Below, piece after piece: positions 9,801-20,026 of a DNA stretch of 64,000 bases. Within the stretch, counting starts at the first letter, position 1; each line of letters begins with the position of its first letter. Below the pieces are notes generated by a model. The model searched no databases and was not told where the DNA came from. It was given only the letters and a program-made list of their open reading frames with translations. A program made the position numbers and the translations under genes. The DNA comes from an uncultured bacterium (GTDB taxonomy: Bacteria > Desulfobacterota > GWC2-55-46 > JAJCZF01): NCBI GenBank assembly GCA_965372515.1, contig CBDVCO010000001.1, positions 686 to 64,685 of the forward strand. The letters run 5' to 3'.

Positions 9801-11507
9801 TCAAGTGAGCCAGTCAAGTTTCTTGTGGAGCCCGGACCACACATCCGGGGTGCAGATCACCACAACCATATCGCCGGCCACAAGAAGCTCCTTCGAGTTC
9901 GAGAGCAGGAGATCGTCGCCGCGAATTACCGCCACAAGCCCTACTCTATCATTCGGGTCATCAAGAAAAGCCGAGGCAATCGGTCTGTCAACGTAGACAC
10001 TCTCTTTGGAGAGAGGGCTTACATGGAATCGATTTCCCTCCGGCAGACCGAGCGTTATCCCGCTACGCAAAAGCGTCATGAGATCGAATTGATTGAACCT
10101 GCTGTAGCCGCTGACCTTTTGTTGGCGAAGCAGTTTGACCGCTTTTTGCATATGCTCCATCATATGGGCGGGCGAATCGCTCCTCGTATCCACCTGCGAC
10201 TCGAAGAGGGTATCGTGGATCGTCTCGGTCTTGATCTTCGAAGAAATTCCCCTTTGAACGAGGAAGCTTATCACCGCGGCTAGCGATGCGGGTACTAAGA
10301 GCGCGTAGCCCCCTGTCATCTCCGCGACCATCAGTATAGTGGCTATTGGAACACGCCCCGCGCCTGCGAATACAGAAGCCATGCCGACGATCACGAAACC
10401 GGCGGGAGGCAGGTTAAAAAGCTGGGCCAACGCCCCGCCGAGCATCGCGCCGATAAAGAGGGTAGGACCGAATACACCGCCGCTGCCTCCGGAAGAGACC
10501 GTCAGGGTAAACGAAAGTATCTTGGCGAGCATCAAAGCGATCAGAAAGACCACGGTGAAACGCCCGTCGATAGCCTCCTGTATCCATCCGTAGCCTCCGC
10601 CAAGTATCTGGGGTATGGCCATTGCGATAAGCCCAACCGCCAGCCCGCCGATAGCGGGTTTAAAGTGCGGTGGGATTGGGATAGAGACAAAAGCGTCGCG
10701 CACCTTATAAAAGAATATCGGCACCCCGGTCGCCATAAGGCCGCAGGCTACGCCAAGGACCGCATAACAAAAATATTGAAAGAGGCTCGATACCGCGAGA
10801 TCCGGCGGGACCTGAAAGAGCGGCTGCCAGTCGACGAACGGACCGTTTACGGTATAGGCGACGACAGCGGCAAGGATCGCGTAAAGCAGAGCGCGCGATT
10901 CGTACTCCATGTCGCGATAGAGTATTTCGACCGCGAATATCGCCGCCCCGATAGGAGACCTGAAGATCGCGGACAGCCCGGCGGCCATTCCCACCAAGAG
11001 CAAGACCTGCCGCTCCTTTTCACTGCGGCGCATAATAACAGCGTACGCGGAACCGATACTACCGGCGATCAATGTAACCGGGCCCTCCCTGCCCCCTGAG
11101 CCTCCGGAGCCGAGTGTGATGGCGGTAGCGAGAATTTTAAGCGGAGCTACACGGTAACGTATCTTGCCGGCGAAAATATGAAACGCCCTGATGGCCGGGT
11201 CTGTTCCGCCGCCCTCGGCCTCGGTAGCGATACCGTAAACCAAAAATCCGGCAATAAGTCCGCCAAGGGTCGTGACTACGGGGATAAGGAGAAGGCCATG
11301 GGGGCCGATTACCTCCAGGAGAACGCCGCCCTCCCCCGGCAAACCAGGCGCTTGATAACCGGCGATCCTTGACATGAAGAACCATTTCGAAAAGCTCAGC
11401 GTGTAAGTAAAGACCTGCGCGCAGACCGCGCCAAGCACGCCCAAGATCAGCGCATCCAGGACAAGCTTACGCTGACGTCTCTGGTTTACATCGACCTTCT
11501 TTTTCAT
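9801..11507 (-). CDS. CLC-family anion channel/antiporter with a C-terminal TrkA-C-like domain.
   Basis: GSGGSGGREGP (GREGP motif with gating Glu) and GGVFGPTLFIGAMLGG (GxFxP). The first selectivity motif is divergent (GGGTD in place of GSGIP). Confidence 0.8.
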   Translation of the reverse strand: MKKKVDVNQRRQRKLVLDALILGVLGAVCAQVFTYTLSFSKWFFMSRIAGYQAPGLPGEGGVLLEVIGPHGLLLIPVVTTLGGLIAGFLVYGIATEAEGGGTDPAIRAFHIFAGKIRYRVAPLKILATAITLGSGGSGGREGPVTLIAGSIGSAYAVIMRRSEKERQVLLLVGMAAGLSAIFRSPIGAAIFAVEILYRDMEYESRALLYAILAAVVAYTVNGPFVDWQPLFQVPPDLAVSSLFQYFCYAVLGVACGLMATGVPIFFYKVRDAFVSIPIPPHFKPAIGGLAVGLIAMAIPQILGGGYGWIQEAIDGRFTVVFLIALMLAKILSFTLTVSSGGSGGVFGPTLFIGAMLGGALAQLFNLPPAGFVIVGMASVFAGAGRVPIATILMVAEMTGGYALLVPASLAAVISFLVQRGISSKIKTETIHDTLFESQVDTRSDSPAHMMEHMQKAVKLLRQQKVSGYSRFNQFDLMTLLRSGITLGLPEGNRFHVSPLSKESVYVDRPIASAFLDDPNDRVGLVAVIRGDDLLLSNSKELLVAGDMVVVICTPDVWSGLHKKLDWLT

Positions 11508-11618
11508 TTCGCCATGGGGTCCTCTTGTGAAATGTCAAAGCGAGAAAGATGTCACAAAGTAAAAAAGAGGAAGGTAGCGGTTAAGAATAGCACTTTAAGA
11601 AAAAATTCGCAAATAGAG

Positions 11619-12146
11619 CTATGGGGCTTTAATTACGCTTGTCTTGTCGACGGGAGCCACGCTGTCCAGGAGTTCTCTAACACTCTTTTTTAGCTCCGGG
11701 TGAACCGCCTCCGGAGCTATTTCTGAGAGAGGTACGAGGACAAAGGCCCTCTCGTGCATCAGGGGGTGAGGGATTCTAAGTCCTTCCTGCGCGTCCTGCC
11801 CTTTCTGGCCATTCTGATTGATAACCATATCGCCAAAGAGAAGAATATCGAGATCGATAAGCCTCGGCCCCCAGCGCGGCACGCTTGCAGAGTCTGCTCT
11901 TCCCATGCGTCTCTCTATCTCCTTTAGACCGGCTAAAAGCTCAACAGGCGAGAGGGCCGTAGAGATCTCAAGCACGCAATTTATAAATCGCGGCTGGTCC
12001 AGCTTACCCCAGGGCGCGGTCTCATATAACGATGAAGTGGATTTAATCTCGGCGATCTCAGTTAGGAAGGAGGCGGCCTTCTTACAGTTGGCCGCCCTAT
12101 CACCCAGGTTGGAACCGATGGAGATATATACGGCCGTCTCTTTCAT
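11619..12146 (-). CDS. folK: 2-amino-4-hydroxy-6-hydroxymethyldihydropteridine pyrophosphokinase (HPPK).
   Basis: YISIGSNLGDR...ETAPWG...RLIDLDILLFGD HPPK signature. Confidence 0.85.
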   Translation of the reverse strand: MKETAVYISIGSNLGDRAANCKKAASFLTEIAEIKSTSSLYETAPWGKLDQPRFINCVLEISTALSPVELLAGLKEIERRMGRADSASVPRWGPRLIDLDILLFGDMVINQNGQKGQDAQEGLRIPHPLMHERAFVLVPLSEIAPEAVHPELKKSVRELLDSVAPVDKTSVIKAP

Positions 12147-12186
12147 AAGCGCATATCCCCGGGCATTGTCAACAAAGGAGGCGGAG

Positions 12187-13440
12187 CTAAAAACGCAGGT
12201 CGAGAGCCATCAGCCTCTCCTTAAGCTCATTGGCCACCCTGCGCTCGTCACCCTCGCTACCTGCCGCAAATGTAGCGGAAAACCTCAGGAAAGCGCCCGC
12301 GTCATCCCACGGCACGGTGCTTATATGGGCGTTCTTTATCAGATACTCAGAGGCCTCTTCGCCGCTAGAGAAGTTCACATCCTTACCCGCGCCCCTGGGA
12401 GCCGAAACATAGAGGTAGAACGAACCCCCCGGCATGGCGGCCGAAAAACCCGCCTCGCTCAATGCCATTACCATAAGGAGCATACGCCTCTTATATTTGG
12501 CGAGTATCTTCTCTGTTATCTCCGGATGTTGGAGCGCATAGATGCCCGCCTTCTGGATGGCAATGAACTGGCCCGAGTCGTAGTTGTCCTTTACATTGGC
12601 AAAGGCACTTATGACCTTAGGAGAGCCTGCGAGGAAGGCAAGCCTCCAGCCGGTCATATTAAACGCCTTTGAAAAAGAATGTATCTCAATACCAACGTCG
12701 ATTGCGCCCTCAACCGAGAGAAAGCTCAAAGGGGCCTCTCTTAGAGAAAGCGCGGCGTAAGCGGCGTCGTGCACAATGATGATCTCGTTATCGCGCGCGA
12801 AGGCGATCGCTTCAGTAAAAAATTCCTCTGTGGCGCTCGCCCCTGTGGGGTTATTCGGGTAATTAAGATAGAGAAGTTTCGCCGCCTTTCTATCCGCATC
12901 GCTGATTTTACTAAGGTCCGGGAGAAAACCGTTCTCTTCCAATAGAGGCATATCAACTACGTAGCCGCCGCGCCACTTGGCGTGCGTGGCCATGACAGGA
13001 TAACCCGGCACGGTCATAAGGACGGCGTCGCCTTCATTTATGAAGGCGTCGGGCAGCATGGCAAGCGCCGGCTTGGAGCCTATGGAGTGAATCACCTGCG
13101 AGTCGGGGTCGAGGCCTGAGACATAAAAGACTTCGTCCAGGTACTTTACAGCCGCGCGCTTCAATTCGTCTATGCCGTTATCGGCATAACCCCTGTTCTC
13201 GGACTTTCCGCACTCTATCCTCAATGCCTCTACCACCATAGGGAGCGCCATCTCGTCGGGTTCGCCCACGCCGAAGTCGAGCAGTTCCTTATTGGGGTCG
13301 GCCTTTCTGGCGGCCGCCTTCGCCCTCTTTATCTTCTCGAACTTATAGATCGTCGTATCTTTACCAAAGCCGGCTCCGCCGATCCTGTCGGCGAATAGGC
13401 CCTGAATGTAATCGTCGCTCATACTCTTTTTAACCTCCAA
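12187..13440 (-). CDS. dapL: Class I/II PLP aminotransferase, best match to LL-diaminopimelate aminotransferase (DapL-type). The true start may be the Met at 13422.
   Basis: Aminotransferase I/II pattern (NNPTGA, SFSKAFNMTGWR). GFLPDL and YKFEKIKRAK resemble DapL. Confidence 0.55.
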   Translation of the reverse strand: MEVKKSMSDDYIQGLFADRIGGAGFGKDTTIYKFEKIKRAKAAARKADPNKELLDFGVGEPDEMALPMVVEALRIECGKSENRGYADNGIDELKRAAVKYLDEVFYVSGLDPDSQVIHSIGSKPALAMLPDAFINEGDAVLMTVPGYPVMATHAKWRGGYVVDMPLLEENGFLPDLSKISDADRKAAKLLYLNYPNNPTGASATEEFFTEAIAFARDNEIIIVHDAAYAALSLREAPLSFLSVEGAIDVGIEIHSFSKAFNMTGWRLAFLAGSPKVISAFANVKDNYDSGQFIAIQKAGIYALQHPEITEKILAKYKRRMLLMVMALSEAGFSAAMPGGSFYLYVSAPRGAGKDVNFSSGEEASEYLIKNAHISTVPWDDAGAFLRFSATFAAGSEGDERRVANELKERLMALDLRF

Positions 13441-13470
13441 ATAAATACATTCTCTTTTCTGTTGCTGAAA

Positions 13471-14271
13471 CTACTCTGCGCTCACGACATTCACTAAACT
13501 GCCTATGCCATCGATCCTAACCTCCACCTCGTCACCCGGTTTCATCTTACCTACACCAGAGGGCGTACCGGTCGCTATGACGTCTCCGGGCTTTAGCGTC
13601 ATCACGTGAGAGACGAAACTAAAGAGCTCTTCGACAGAGAAGATCATATCGCTCGTCGAAGAGCTCTGCCTCGCCTCAGAGTTAAGAAAGCTCTCGATCT
13701 TTACATCACTCGTATCGAGCTCGGTCTCAATCCACGGACCCATCGGCGCGAAAGTGTCGAAGCCCTTGGCCCTTGCGTACTGCTTATCTTTACCCTGCAG
13801 GTCTCTCGCGGTAACGTCGTTAAAGCAGGTAAAGCCCAGTATATACTCTCTCGTCTCATATGTGGGAATTTTGTACGCTTGCCTGCCAACGACTATGGCC
13901 AGTTCCGCCTCAAAGTCCACCCTGTGGGACATATGCGAGGGATAGATGATCTTATCACCGGGGCCTATAACGGCCGTCGGCGGCTTAAAGAAGAACATCG
14001 GCTCGTCAGGTATCGTGAGATCGAACTCGGCGGCGTGGGCCTTATAGTTTAGCCCGATGGCGACGATCTTTGTTGGGACCGAGGGCGCGAGAAGCTTTAT
14101 ATCCTTCAAGAGATGCGGCTCGCCCTGCTCCTTTGCCATCGCTACAATGCCTGCCACGGCATGTTCAAGGCCCTCGCTAAACGGATCAATGGCGAGCTCG
14201 AAAACTCTGTCGCCCTCAACCACGCCATAGGTTTTTTTATTATCATTGACAGAAAATCTCGCAAGCTTCAT
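13471..14271 (-). CDS. Fumarylacetoacetate hydrolase (FAH) family protein.
   Basis: FAH-fold C-terminal domain pattern (GTPSGVG, metal-binding E/D). Confidence 0.75.
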   Translation of the reverse strand: MKLARFSVNDNKKTYGVVEGDRVFELAIDPFSEGLEHAVAGIVAMAKEQGEPHLLKDIKLLAPSVPTKIVAIGLNYKAHAAEFDLTIPDEPMFFFKPPTAVIGPGDKIIYPSHMSHRVDFEAELAIVVGRQAYKIPTYETREYILGFTCFNDVTARDLQGKDKQYARAKGFDTFAPMGPWIETELDTSDVKIESFLNSEARQSSSTSDMIFSVEELFSFVSHVMTLKPGDVIATGTPSGVGKMKPGDEVEVRIDGIGSLVNVVSAE

Positions 14272-14278
14272 GAGCTCT

Positions 14279-15496
14279 CTATTTCCCTGCCTTGCCCATG
14301 GCCTTAAGCTTCAGCCTGAGGGCGTTTATATTTATAAAACCCTCGGCATCCTTTTGATCGTAAACTACATCCTCTTCAAAAGTGGCAAGCTCCGAGCTAT
14401 AGAGCGTCTTCCTGCCTTTTCGACCCCTTCTTCCAATGACAATGACATTACCCTTATAGAGCTTCACCCTCACCGTGCCGGTTACTCCCTTAGCGGCTTC
14501 ATCAATAAGGGCCTGGAGAGCCTCGCGCTCCGGTGAGAACCAATAGCCGTTATAGATCATCTGCGAGTAGCGGGCAGAGAGTGAATCGCGAAGCTGCATC
14601 ACTTCACGGTCCATGGTGATAGATTCCATAGCGCGCCGGGCAATAAACAAGACAGTCCCTCCCGGGGTCTCGTAAACTCCGCGCGACTTCATACCGACGT
14701 AACGGCTCTCGACCATGTCGACACGGCCGATTCCATTTTTACCGCCAAGCGTATTAAGCCTCGCCAGAAGCCTTGCCGGCGTGTAGGATTTATTGTTTAT
14801 CTTCTTCGGGTCGCCATTAACAAAATCTATGTCGATAGAGGTCGCCTTGTCCGGGGCCTTCTCAGGAGAGACACTTAAGCGGAACATCTCCTCGGGCGCG
14901 GGCGTCCAGGGGTCTTCCAATACGCCGCCCTCAAAGCTCAGGTGAAAGAGGTTACCATCAGAGCTATAGGGTTTTTTCTTCGTAACCGGCACGTGTATGG
15001 AGTGTTTCTTTGCGTACTTTATAAGATCGTCGCGGCCCTTCATATCCCAGATGCGCCAGGGCGCGATGACCTTTATCTTCGGGTTGAAGGCGTAGTAGCC
15101 AAGCTCAAAGCGCACCTGGTCATTGCCCTTGCCGGTTGCGCCGTGCGATACCGCGTCCGCCCCAACGGCCTTGACCACATCCATCTGGGCCTTACTTATG
15201 ATGGGCCTCGCTATCGACGTACCCAGAAGATAGGCCCCTTCGTAGAGCGCCGCCCCCCTTAACATCGGAAAGACGTAGTCCTTGACGAACTCCTCTTTAA
15301 GGTCCTTTATATATATCTTGGACGCGCCGCTGGCTAATGCCTTCTTCCTCAAGGGCTTAATTTCAGCGCCCTGCCCAACGTCGGCTACATAGGCGATCAC
15401 CTCGCAGGCATACTTTTCCTTTAGCCACCGGATGATGACCGAGGTGTCGAGACCGCCCGAGTATGCGAGCACTACCTTCTTTGGTTTTTTAGACAT
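14279..15496 (-). CDS. argG: Argininosuccinate synthase.
   Basis: [14 protein letters not shown]-loop and ArgG pattern throughout. Confidence 0.9.
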   Translation of the reverse strand: MSKKPKKVVLAYSGGLDTSVIIRWLKEKYACEVIAYVADVGQGAEIKPLRKKALASGASKIYIKDLKEEFVKDYVFPMLRGAALYEGAYLLGTSIARPIISKAQMDVVKAVGADAVSHGATGKGNDQVRFELGYYAFNPKIKVIAPWRIWDMKGRDDLIKYAKKHSIHVPVTKKKPYSSDGNLFHLSFEGGVLEDPWTPAPEEMFRLSVSPEKAPDKATSIDIDFVNGDPKKINNKSYTPARLLARLNTLGGKNGIGRVDMVESRYVGMKSRGVYETPGGTVLFIARRAMESITMDREVMQLRDSLSARYSQMIYNGYWFSPEREALQALIDEAAKGVTGTVRVKLYKGNVIVIGRRGRKGRKTLYSSELATFEEDVVYDQKDAEGFININALRLKLKAMGKAGK

Positions 15497-15499
15497 CTA

Positions 15500-16417
15500 C
15501 TATTCCTCCGGTTCTACCAAAAGCCACTCAAGGATCGCCTTTTGTATATGGAGCCTGTTCTCGGCCTGGTCCCAGACGGCCGATTGCTTACCCTCTATGA
15601 CTTCGTCTGTAATTTCCTCATTCCTGTGTGCGGGCAGGCAGTGGAGCACTATCGCGTCTTTTGCTGCTTTCTTTAAGACAGATGCGTTTATCTGAAAACC
15701 CTTAAAGGCGTTTACCCTCTTTTTCTGCTCTTCTTCCTGCCCCATCGACGCCCACACATCTGTATTTAGAACATCGGCGCCTTTTACGGCCTCTTCCACG
15801 CTCGTCGTTATCGTCACCCGCGCCGCTTTGTCGCTCTTCACCCTCTTTAGTATCTCACCACTTGGCTCATAACCCTTTGGACAGGCGAGCCTTAGCTCAA
15901 AACCGAGCCTCAAAGACGCCTCTATCCAGGAGTTGGCCATATTATTGCCGTCCCCTATCCAGGCGACCTTCACACCCTCAAGCCCGCCCTTCTTCTCAAC
16001 AACGGTCAAAAGATCGGCGAGCACCTGACAGGGGTGATGGAGGTCGGTAAGGCCGTTTATGACAGGAACCGTAGAAAAACTGGCGTACTCCTCTATTGTC
16101 TCGTGGCCGAAGGTCCTTATGACCACGGCGTCCACGTAGCGGCTCATCACCCTGGCGGTATCCTTTATGGGCTCGCCCCGGCCGATCTGCGAATCTCGAT
16201 GGCTTATAAAGATCGCGTCCCCCCCCAGATGGCTCATGGCGGTCTCAAAGGAGACGCGCGTCCTGGTGGAGGGCTTTTCAAATATCAGCCCGAGCGTCTT
16301 GCCCCGCAGAGGATTATACGGTATGCCCGCCTTGTGGCGCTCCTTAAGGGCTCCGGCGCGCGCGATCAGTTCTTCGATTACTTTTTTTTCGAGTTCGAAT
16401 ATGCTTAGAAGATCCAC
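15500..16417 (-). CDS. argF: Ornithine carbamoyltransferase.
   Basis: STRTR carbamoyl-phosphate motif and HCLP ornithine-binding motif. Confidence 0.9.
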   Translation of the reverse strand: MDLLSIFELEKKVIEELIARAGALKERHKAGIPYNPLRGKTLGLIFEKPSTRTRVSFETAMSHLGGDAIFISHRDSQIGRGEPIKDTARVMSRYVDAVVIRTFGHETIEEYASFSTVPVINGLTDLHHPCQVLADLLTVVEKKGGLEGVKVAWIGDGNNMANSWIEASLRLGFELRLACPKGYEPSGEILKRVKSDKAARVTITTSVEEAVKGADVLNTDVWASMGQEEEQKKRVNAFKGFQINASVLKKAAKDAIVLHCLPAHRNEEITDEVIEGKQSAVWDQAENRLHIQKAILEWLLVEPEE

Positions 16418-16445
16418 TTAAAAATCCTTCATAATAAAAAAAAGA

Positions 16446-16859
16446 TTATATCGCCCTGGCCCTCGGCTTAAGGAAGGCCCCAAGGGCCTTATCAACCTTG
16501 CTCACATGATCTACGAGCCAGTCGCAGAGCCTCTCTCTAAGCTCAGTGGTAAGCGCCTCTGTCACGCCTCCCTCCTTATAGGCCGCCCTCAATTCATCTA
16601 TCGCGCGAGAAAAAATATTGTGCTGTTCAATGTGGGCCGCCATATCCGGATATTTATAGACCCCCATGGCCTTCTGTTCCATGGCGAAGTGCGAAGCGGC
16701 GTACTCTTCTAAAAAAACAAAGAACCGCTCTATATGCTCTGAGCTATCGAGAGAATCCATCGCACTAACAAGGTCGTTGATCCTGGCAAACAATACCTTG
16801 TGCTGAATATCTATCTCTCTTACGCCGACAGCGAGTTCCTCTGTCCAGACGAAATCCAA
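16446..16859 (-). CDS. Hemerythrin-like (bacteriohemerythrin) protein 1.
   Basis: IDxQH, EEYxxxHF and HxxQH diiron-ligand pattern, 137 aa. Confidence 0.7.
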   Translation of the reverse strand: MDFVWTEELAVGVREIDIQHKVLFARINDLVSAMDSLDSSEHIERFFVFLEEYAASHFAMEQKAMGVYKYPDMAAHIEQHNIFSRAIDELRAAYKEGGVTEALTTELRERLCDWLVDHVSKVDKALGAFLKPRARAI

Positions 16860-16930
16860 GCGCTGCTCCCATCATGTAAAAATTCAAACTTTTGGTCCAC
16901 AAAAAACTTTTTTCTTTTCAAAGAGATCGA

Positions 16931-17356
16931 TCAGTCCTCTGTAGGCTTATCCTGGAGAAAAGCGCCCAGTTTCCTGTCCGATATTGAGACATGCTCCATC
17001 AGCCAATTGACGAGCTTTCGCTGGAGCATCGTCTTTAGCGAGCTTGTCGTACCCCACCCCCACTCAAGATACTTTTCCTTTAGATAGGTAACGGTCTCTG
17101 AAAAGTACCGATGTTGAGCAAGATGCTCATCATAGAGGGGGTAATCGTGCTTGCGCATAGCACTCTCTTCAGTATTAAAATGCACCCCGACATAGTCCTC
17201 AAGAAAGGTAACGACAGCGGCGAGTTCGTCATTATTGTCGGCGTTCTCAACCGAGTCCAGAAAGGCGTTGACCGCCCTGAATAAAGCCCTGTGCTGGCCG
17301 TCTATCTCATCGACGCCTACACTCAAGCCATCATGCCACTCTACACGTTCTACCAT
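16931..17356 (-). CDS. Hemerythrin-like protein 2.
   Basis: Same diiron His/Glu ligand pattern, about 35% identical to its neighbours. Confidence 0.7.
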   Translation of the reverse strand: MVERVEWHDGLSVGVDEIDGQHRALFRAVNAFLDSVENADNNDELAAVVTFLEDYVGVHFNTEESAMRKHDYPLYDEHLAQHRYFSETVTYLKEKYLEWGWGTTSSLKTMLQRKLVNWLMEHVSISDRKLGAFLQDKPTED

Positions 17357-17378
17357 CTTTCCTCTCCTAAGAGCTTTC

Positions 17379-17837
17379 CTAAGAGCTCTCCTCAGAACTA
17401 TCCGCAGTCTTATCCCTTAAAAACTCTCCAAGCTTCCCATCCACATTCTTTATGTGCGTCATGATCCACGCGGCGAGCTGAGATTGAAGGACCTTCAGGA
17501 AAGGCTCGGTCGCGCCGAACTCCTCGTAACGCTCCTTAAAATTGCCGAGCGTATTCACAAATAACGCGTGCTGGTCCTTATGCGCCTCGGCTCCCGGATA
17601 AGAGAACATATCCATATACTTCTCCTCTTCACCGAAATGCTCGACTACGTAATCCTCAAGAAAATCAAAAGCCATAGCGAAGCACTCCGAATCCTTGCCT
17701 TCGCCTACAAAATCCATAAGGTCGTTAACGAGACATAAGAGCTCTTTGTGTTGATAGTCTATCTTCTCTATGCCGACGCTCATCGAAGGGGCCCAGTGGA
17801 TCTTCTCCTGATTGGCGCCCGGTCTTAATACACTCAC
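17379..17837 (-). CDS. Hemerythrin-like protein 3.
   Basis: Same ligand pattern. The start overlaps the argD stop by 4 nt. Confidence 0.7.
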   Translation of the reverse strand: MSVLRPGANQEKIHWAPSMSVGIEKIDYQHKELLCLVNDLMDFVGEGKDSECFAMAFDFLEDYVVEHFGEEEKYMDMFSYPGAEAHKDQHALFVNTLGNFKERYEEFGATEPFLKVLQSQLAAWIMTHIKNVDGKLGEFLRDKTADSSEESS

Positions 17838-19033
17838 TTCGCACCCACCTCTTCATCAAAGATCGCCGAGAGGATCGAGACCATCTCGTCCACCTCATCA
17901 TTACCTATAATTAATGGCGGCAGGAACCTCAAGACCGTATCGGCGGTACAATTTATAAGGAGCCCCCTGCTAAGCGCACGCTCTACGATCGGCGCGCCCG
18001 GCATCTCTATCTCCATCCCTACGATCAGCCCCATGGCGCGGATCTCTTTTATGAAACCGTAGCGTTCTTTAAGGCCGTTTAGTCTATCCAACAAATAGGC
18101 CCCGGTCTTAACGCAGTTTTCAAGCACCCCCTCATCGAGCATGACCTTTATCGTCGCCACACCCGCGGCGGTGCTGATCGGGTTACCCCCGAACGTTGAA
18201 GCGTGCGTGCCTGGCGTAAAGGCCTGAGCCACCTCGTCGGTCGCGCACATCGCTCCTATAGGCACCCCGTTGGCGAGCCCCTTGGCAAGCGTCATAATAT
18301 CGGGCGAAACGCCGTAATGCTCATACGCGAATAGCTTGCCGGTCCTTCCCATGCCGACCTGCACCTCATCGTATATGAGAAGCACGCCGGCCTCCTTCAG
18401 GAGCGCCTTTAGATCTTTTAAAAAAGAGCGCGGCGCGATATTTACCCCGCCCTCCCCCTGCACCGGCTCAAGGAGCACCGCGGCGGTAGTCGGACCAAGC
18501 GCGCTCTTTACGGCCTCGACATCTCCGAACGGTACATAGGTAAACTCCTCAAGGTGCGGCTCAAAGCCCTTTTGGACCTTCTCCTGCGCGGTCGCGGCGA
18601 GAGCGGCGAAGGTGCGGCCGTGAAAACTCTTCTCCATGCTGATAATATTCGGCCTGTCAATACCCTGGCTTGAAAAGTACCTCCGCGCGAGCTTTATCGC
18701 CGCCTCGATCGCCTCGGCCCCGGAGTTAGCGAAAAATACCTTATCGGCAAATGAGTTCTCGCAAAGGAGCTTCGCAAGCTCGGCCTGCGGGGCTATATGA
18801 TAGAGGTTCGAGACATGAAAGAGCTCACCTGCCTGAGCGCGCACGGCCTCTACCACCTTTGGGTGGCAGTGGCCTAAATTCGTAACCGCAAGGCCGGCGA
18901 CAAAGTCCAGGTAGCTCTTGCCGTCAGCGTCAAAGACTTGGGCGCCCTCGCCCCTGGTAATGGCTATCGGAAAGCGTTTATAGGTGCTCGCGACATACTT
19001 TTCAGTAAGCGCTATTATCTCGCTATTTGTCAC
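17834..19033 (-). CDS. argD: Acetylornithine aminotransferase (class III PLP).
   Basis: Class-III aminotransferase pattern (TLAKGLANG lysine motif). Confidence 0.8.
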   Translation of the reverse strand: MTNSEIIALTEKYVASTYKRFPIAITRGEGAQVFDADGKSYLDFVAGLAVTNLGHCHPKVVEAVRAQAGELFHVSNLYHIAPQAELAKLLCENSFADKVFFANSGAEAIEAAIKLARRYFSSQGIDRPNIISMEKSFHGRTFAALAATAQEKVQKGFEPHLEEFTYVPFGDVEAVKSALGPTTAAVLLEPVQGEGGVNIAPRSFLKDLKALLKEAGVLLIYDEVQVGMGRTGKLFAYEHYGVSPDIMTLAKGLANGVPIGAMCATDEVAQAFTPGTHASTFGGNPISTAAGVATIKVMLDEGVLENCVKTGAYLLDRLNGLKERYGFIKEIRAMGLIVGMEIEMPGAPIVERALSRGLLINCTADTVLRFLPPLIIGNDEVDEMVSILSAIFDEEVGAK

Positions 19034-19073
19034 TGCTAATACCTTAAAAAATCATTTCGATTATTAGTAAAAT

Positions 19074-20006
19074 TTAGGAGAGAGTGGCCTTGACCACACG
19101 GGCTATACGCTGCAAATCATTAGAGTGTTTAATGCCCTTAAAAGAACCGGTCTCCTTAATTAAAGCCTTTACGTCCTTTGCGTGATCAAAGCCGACCTCT
19201 ATCATAAGCATGCCGCCGGGCTTAAGCCAGGTGGAGGCTCCCTTGACGATCTTCTTGATATATTTTAGCCCGTCAGGGCCGGCGACCAGAGCCTCCTTCG
19301 GCTCGTGGTCCTTAATCTCCGGACTAAGCTCCTTGTACTCGGAAGTACTTACATAGGGCGGGTTCGAGACAATAAAATCAAACGCGCCTTTGAGCGAATC
19401 ACCATCTAGCTCGAACCCCTTCTTAATCTTCGTGTTCGGCTTATAATCCTTAAGAGCGCCGAAGAGGTCACCGCTGAGGAACTCTATGCGTTTCGACACA
19501 CCAAGCGAAGAGGCGTTCTCTTTAGCGATCTCTATCGCGTCTTTTGAGATATCCGTCGCAATGAGCGCCGCCTTTGAGATCTCTTTAGCGAGTGTTACGG
19601 CCAGAGCCCCGCTACCTGTACAGAGATCGAGGATCAACGGGGGCCGGCCTTTTTTCCTCGCGTCCTTTAAAGCGCCTTTAACCTCGTCCACCAGAAGTTC
19701 TGTCTCAGGCCTTGGGATCAAAACACCGGGCCTTACCTTGAACTTATGGCCGTAGAACTCCTGCTCGCCGATAATATACTGGATAGGCTCGTACTTGAAC
19801 CTCCTCCTGATAGCGTAGCTTAAGTTCCTGTACTGTGCTTCAGTAATAACATCTTCCCCCTTGAGCCGAAGCTTGGCCGGTTTACAGCCTACATAATGGG
19901 ATATAAGGAAGACGGCCTCCTTCTCCGCTTCCTCAATACCGACGATCTTAAATGATTCGCAGGTCAAAAAAAGAACATCCTTTATTCGTCTATCTTCAGG
20001 ATCCAT
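19074..20006 (-). CDS. prmC: Release-factor glutamine N5-methyltransferase PrmC/HemK.
   Basis: SAM motif LDLCTGSG and substrate motif NPPY. Confidence 0.8.
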   Translation of the reverse strand: MDPEDRRIKDVLFLTCESFKIVGIEEAEKEAVFLISHYVGCKPAKLRLKGEDVITEAQYRNLSYAIRRRFKYEPIQYIIGEQEFYGHKFKVRPGVLIPRPETELLVDEVKGALKDARKKGRPPLILDLCTGSGALAVTLAKEISKAALIATDISKDAIEIAKENASSLGVSKRIEFLSGDLFGALKDYKPNTKIKKGFELDGDSLKGAFDFIVSNPPYVSTSEYKELSPEIKDHEPKEALVAGPDGLKYIKKIVKGASTWLKPGGMLMIEVGFDHAKDVKALIKETGSFKGIKHSNDLQRIARVVKATLS

Positions 20007-20026
20007 TCTTCATTCCTTTTCTATCT

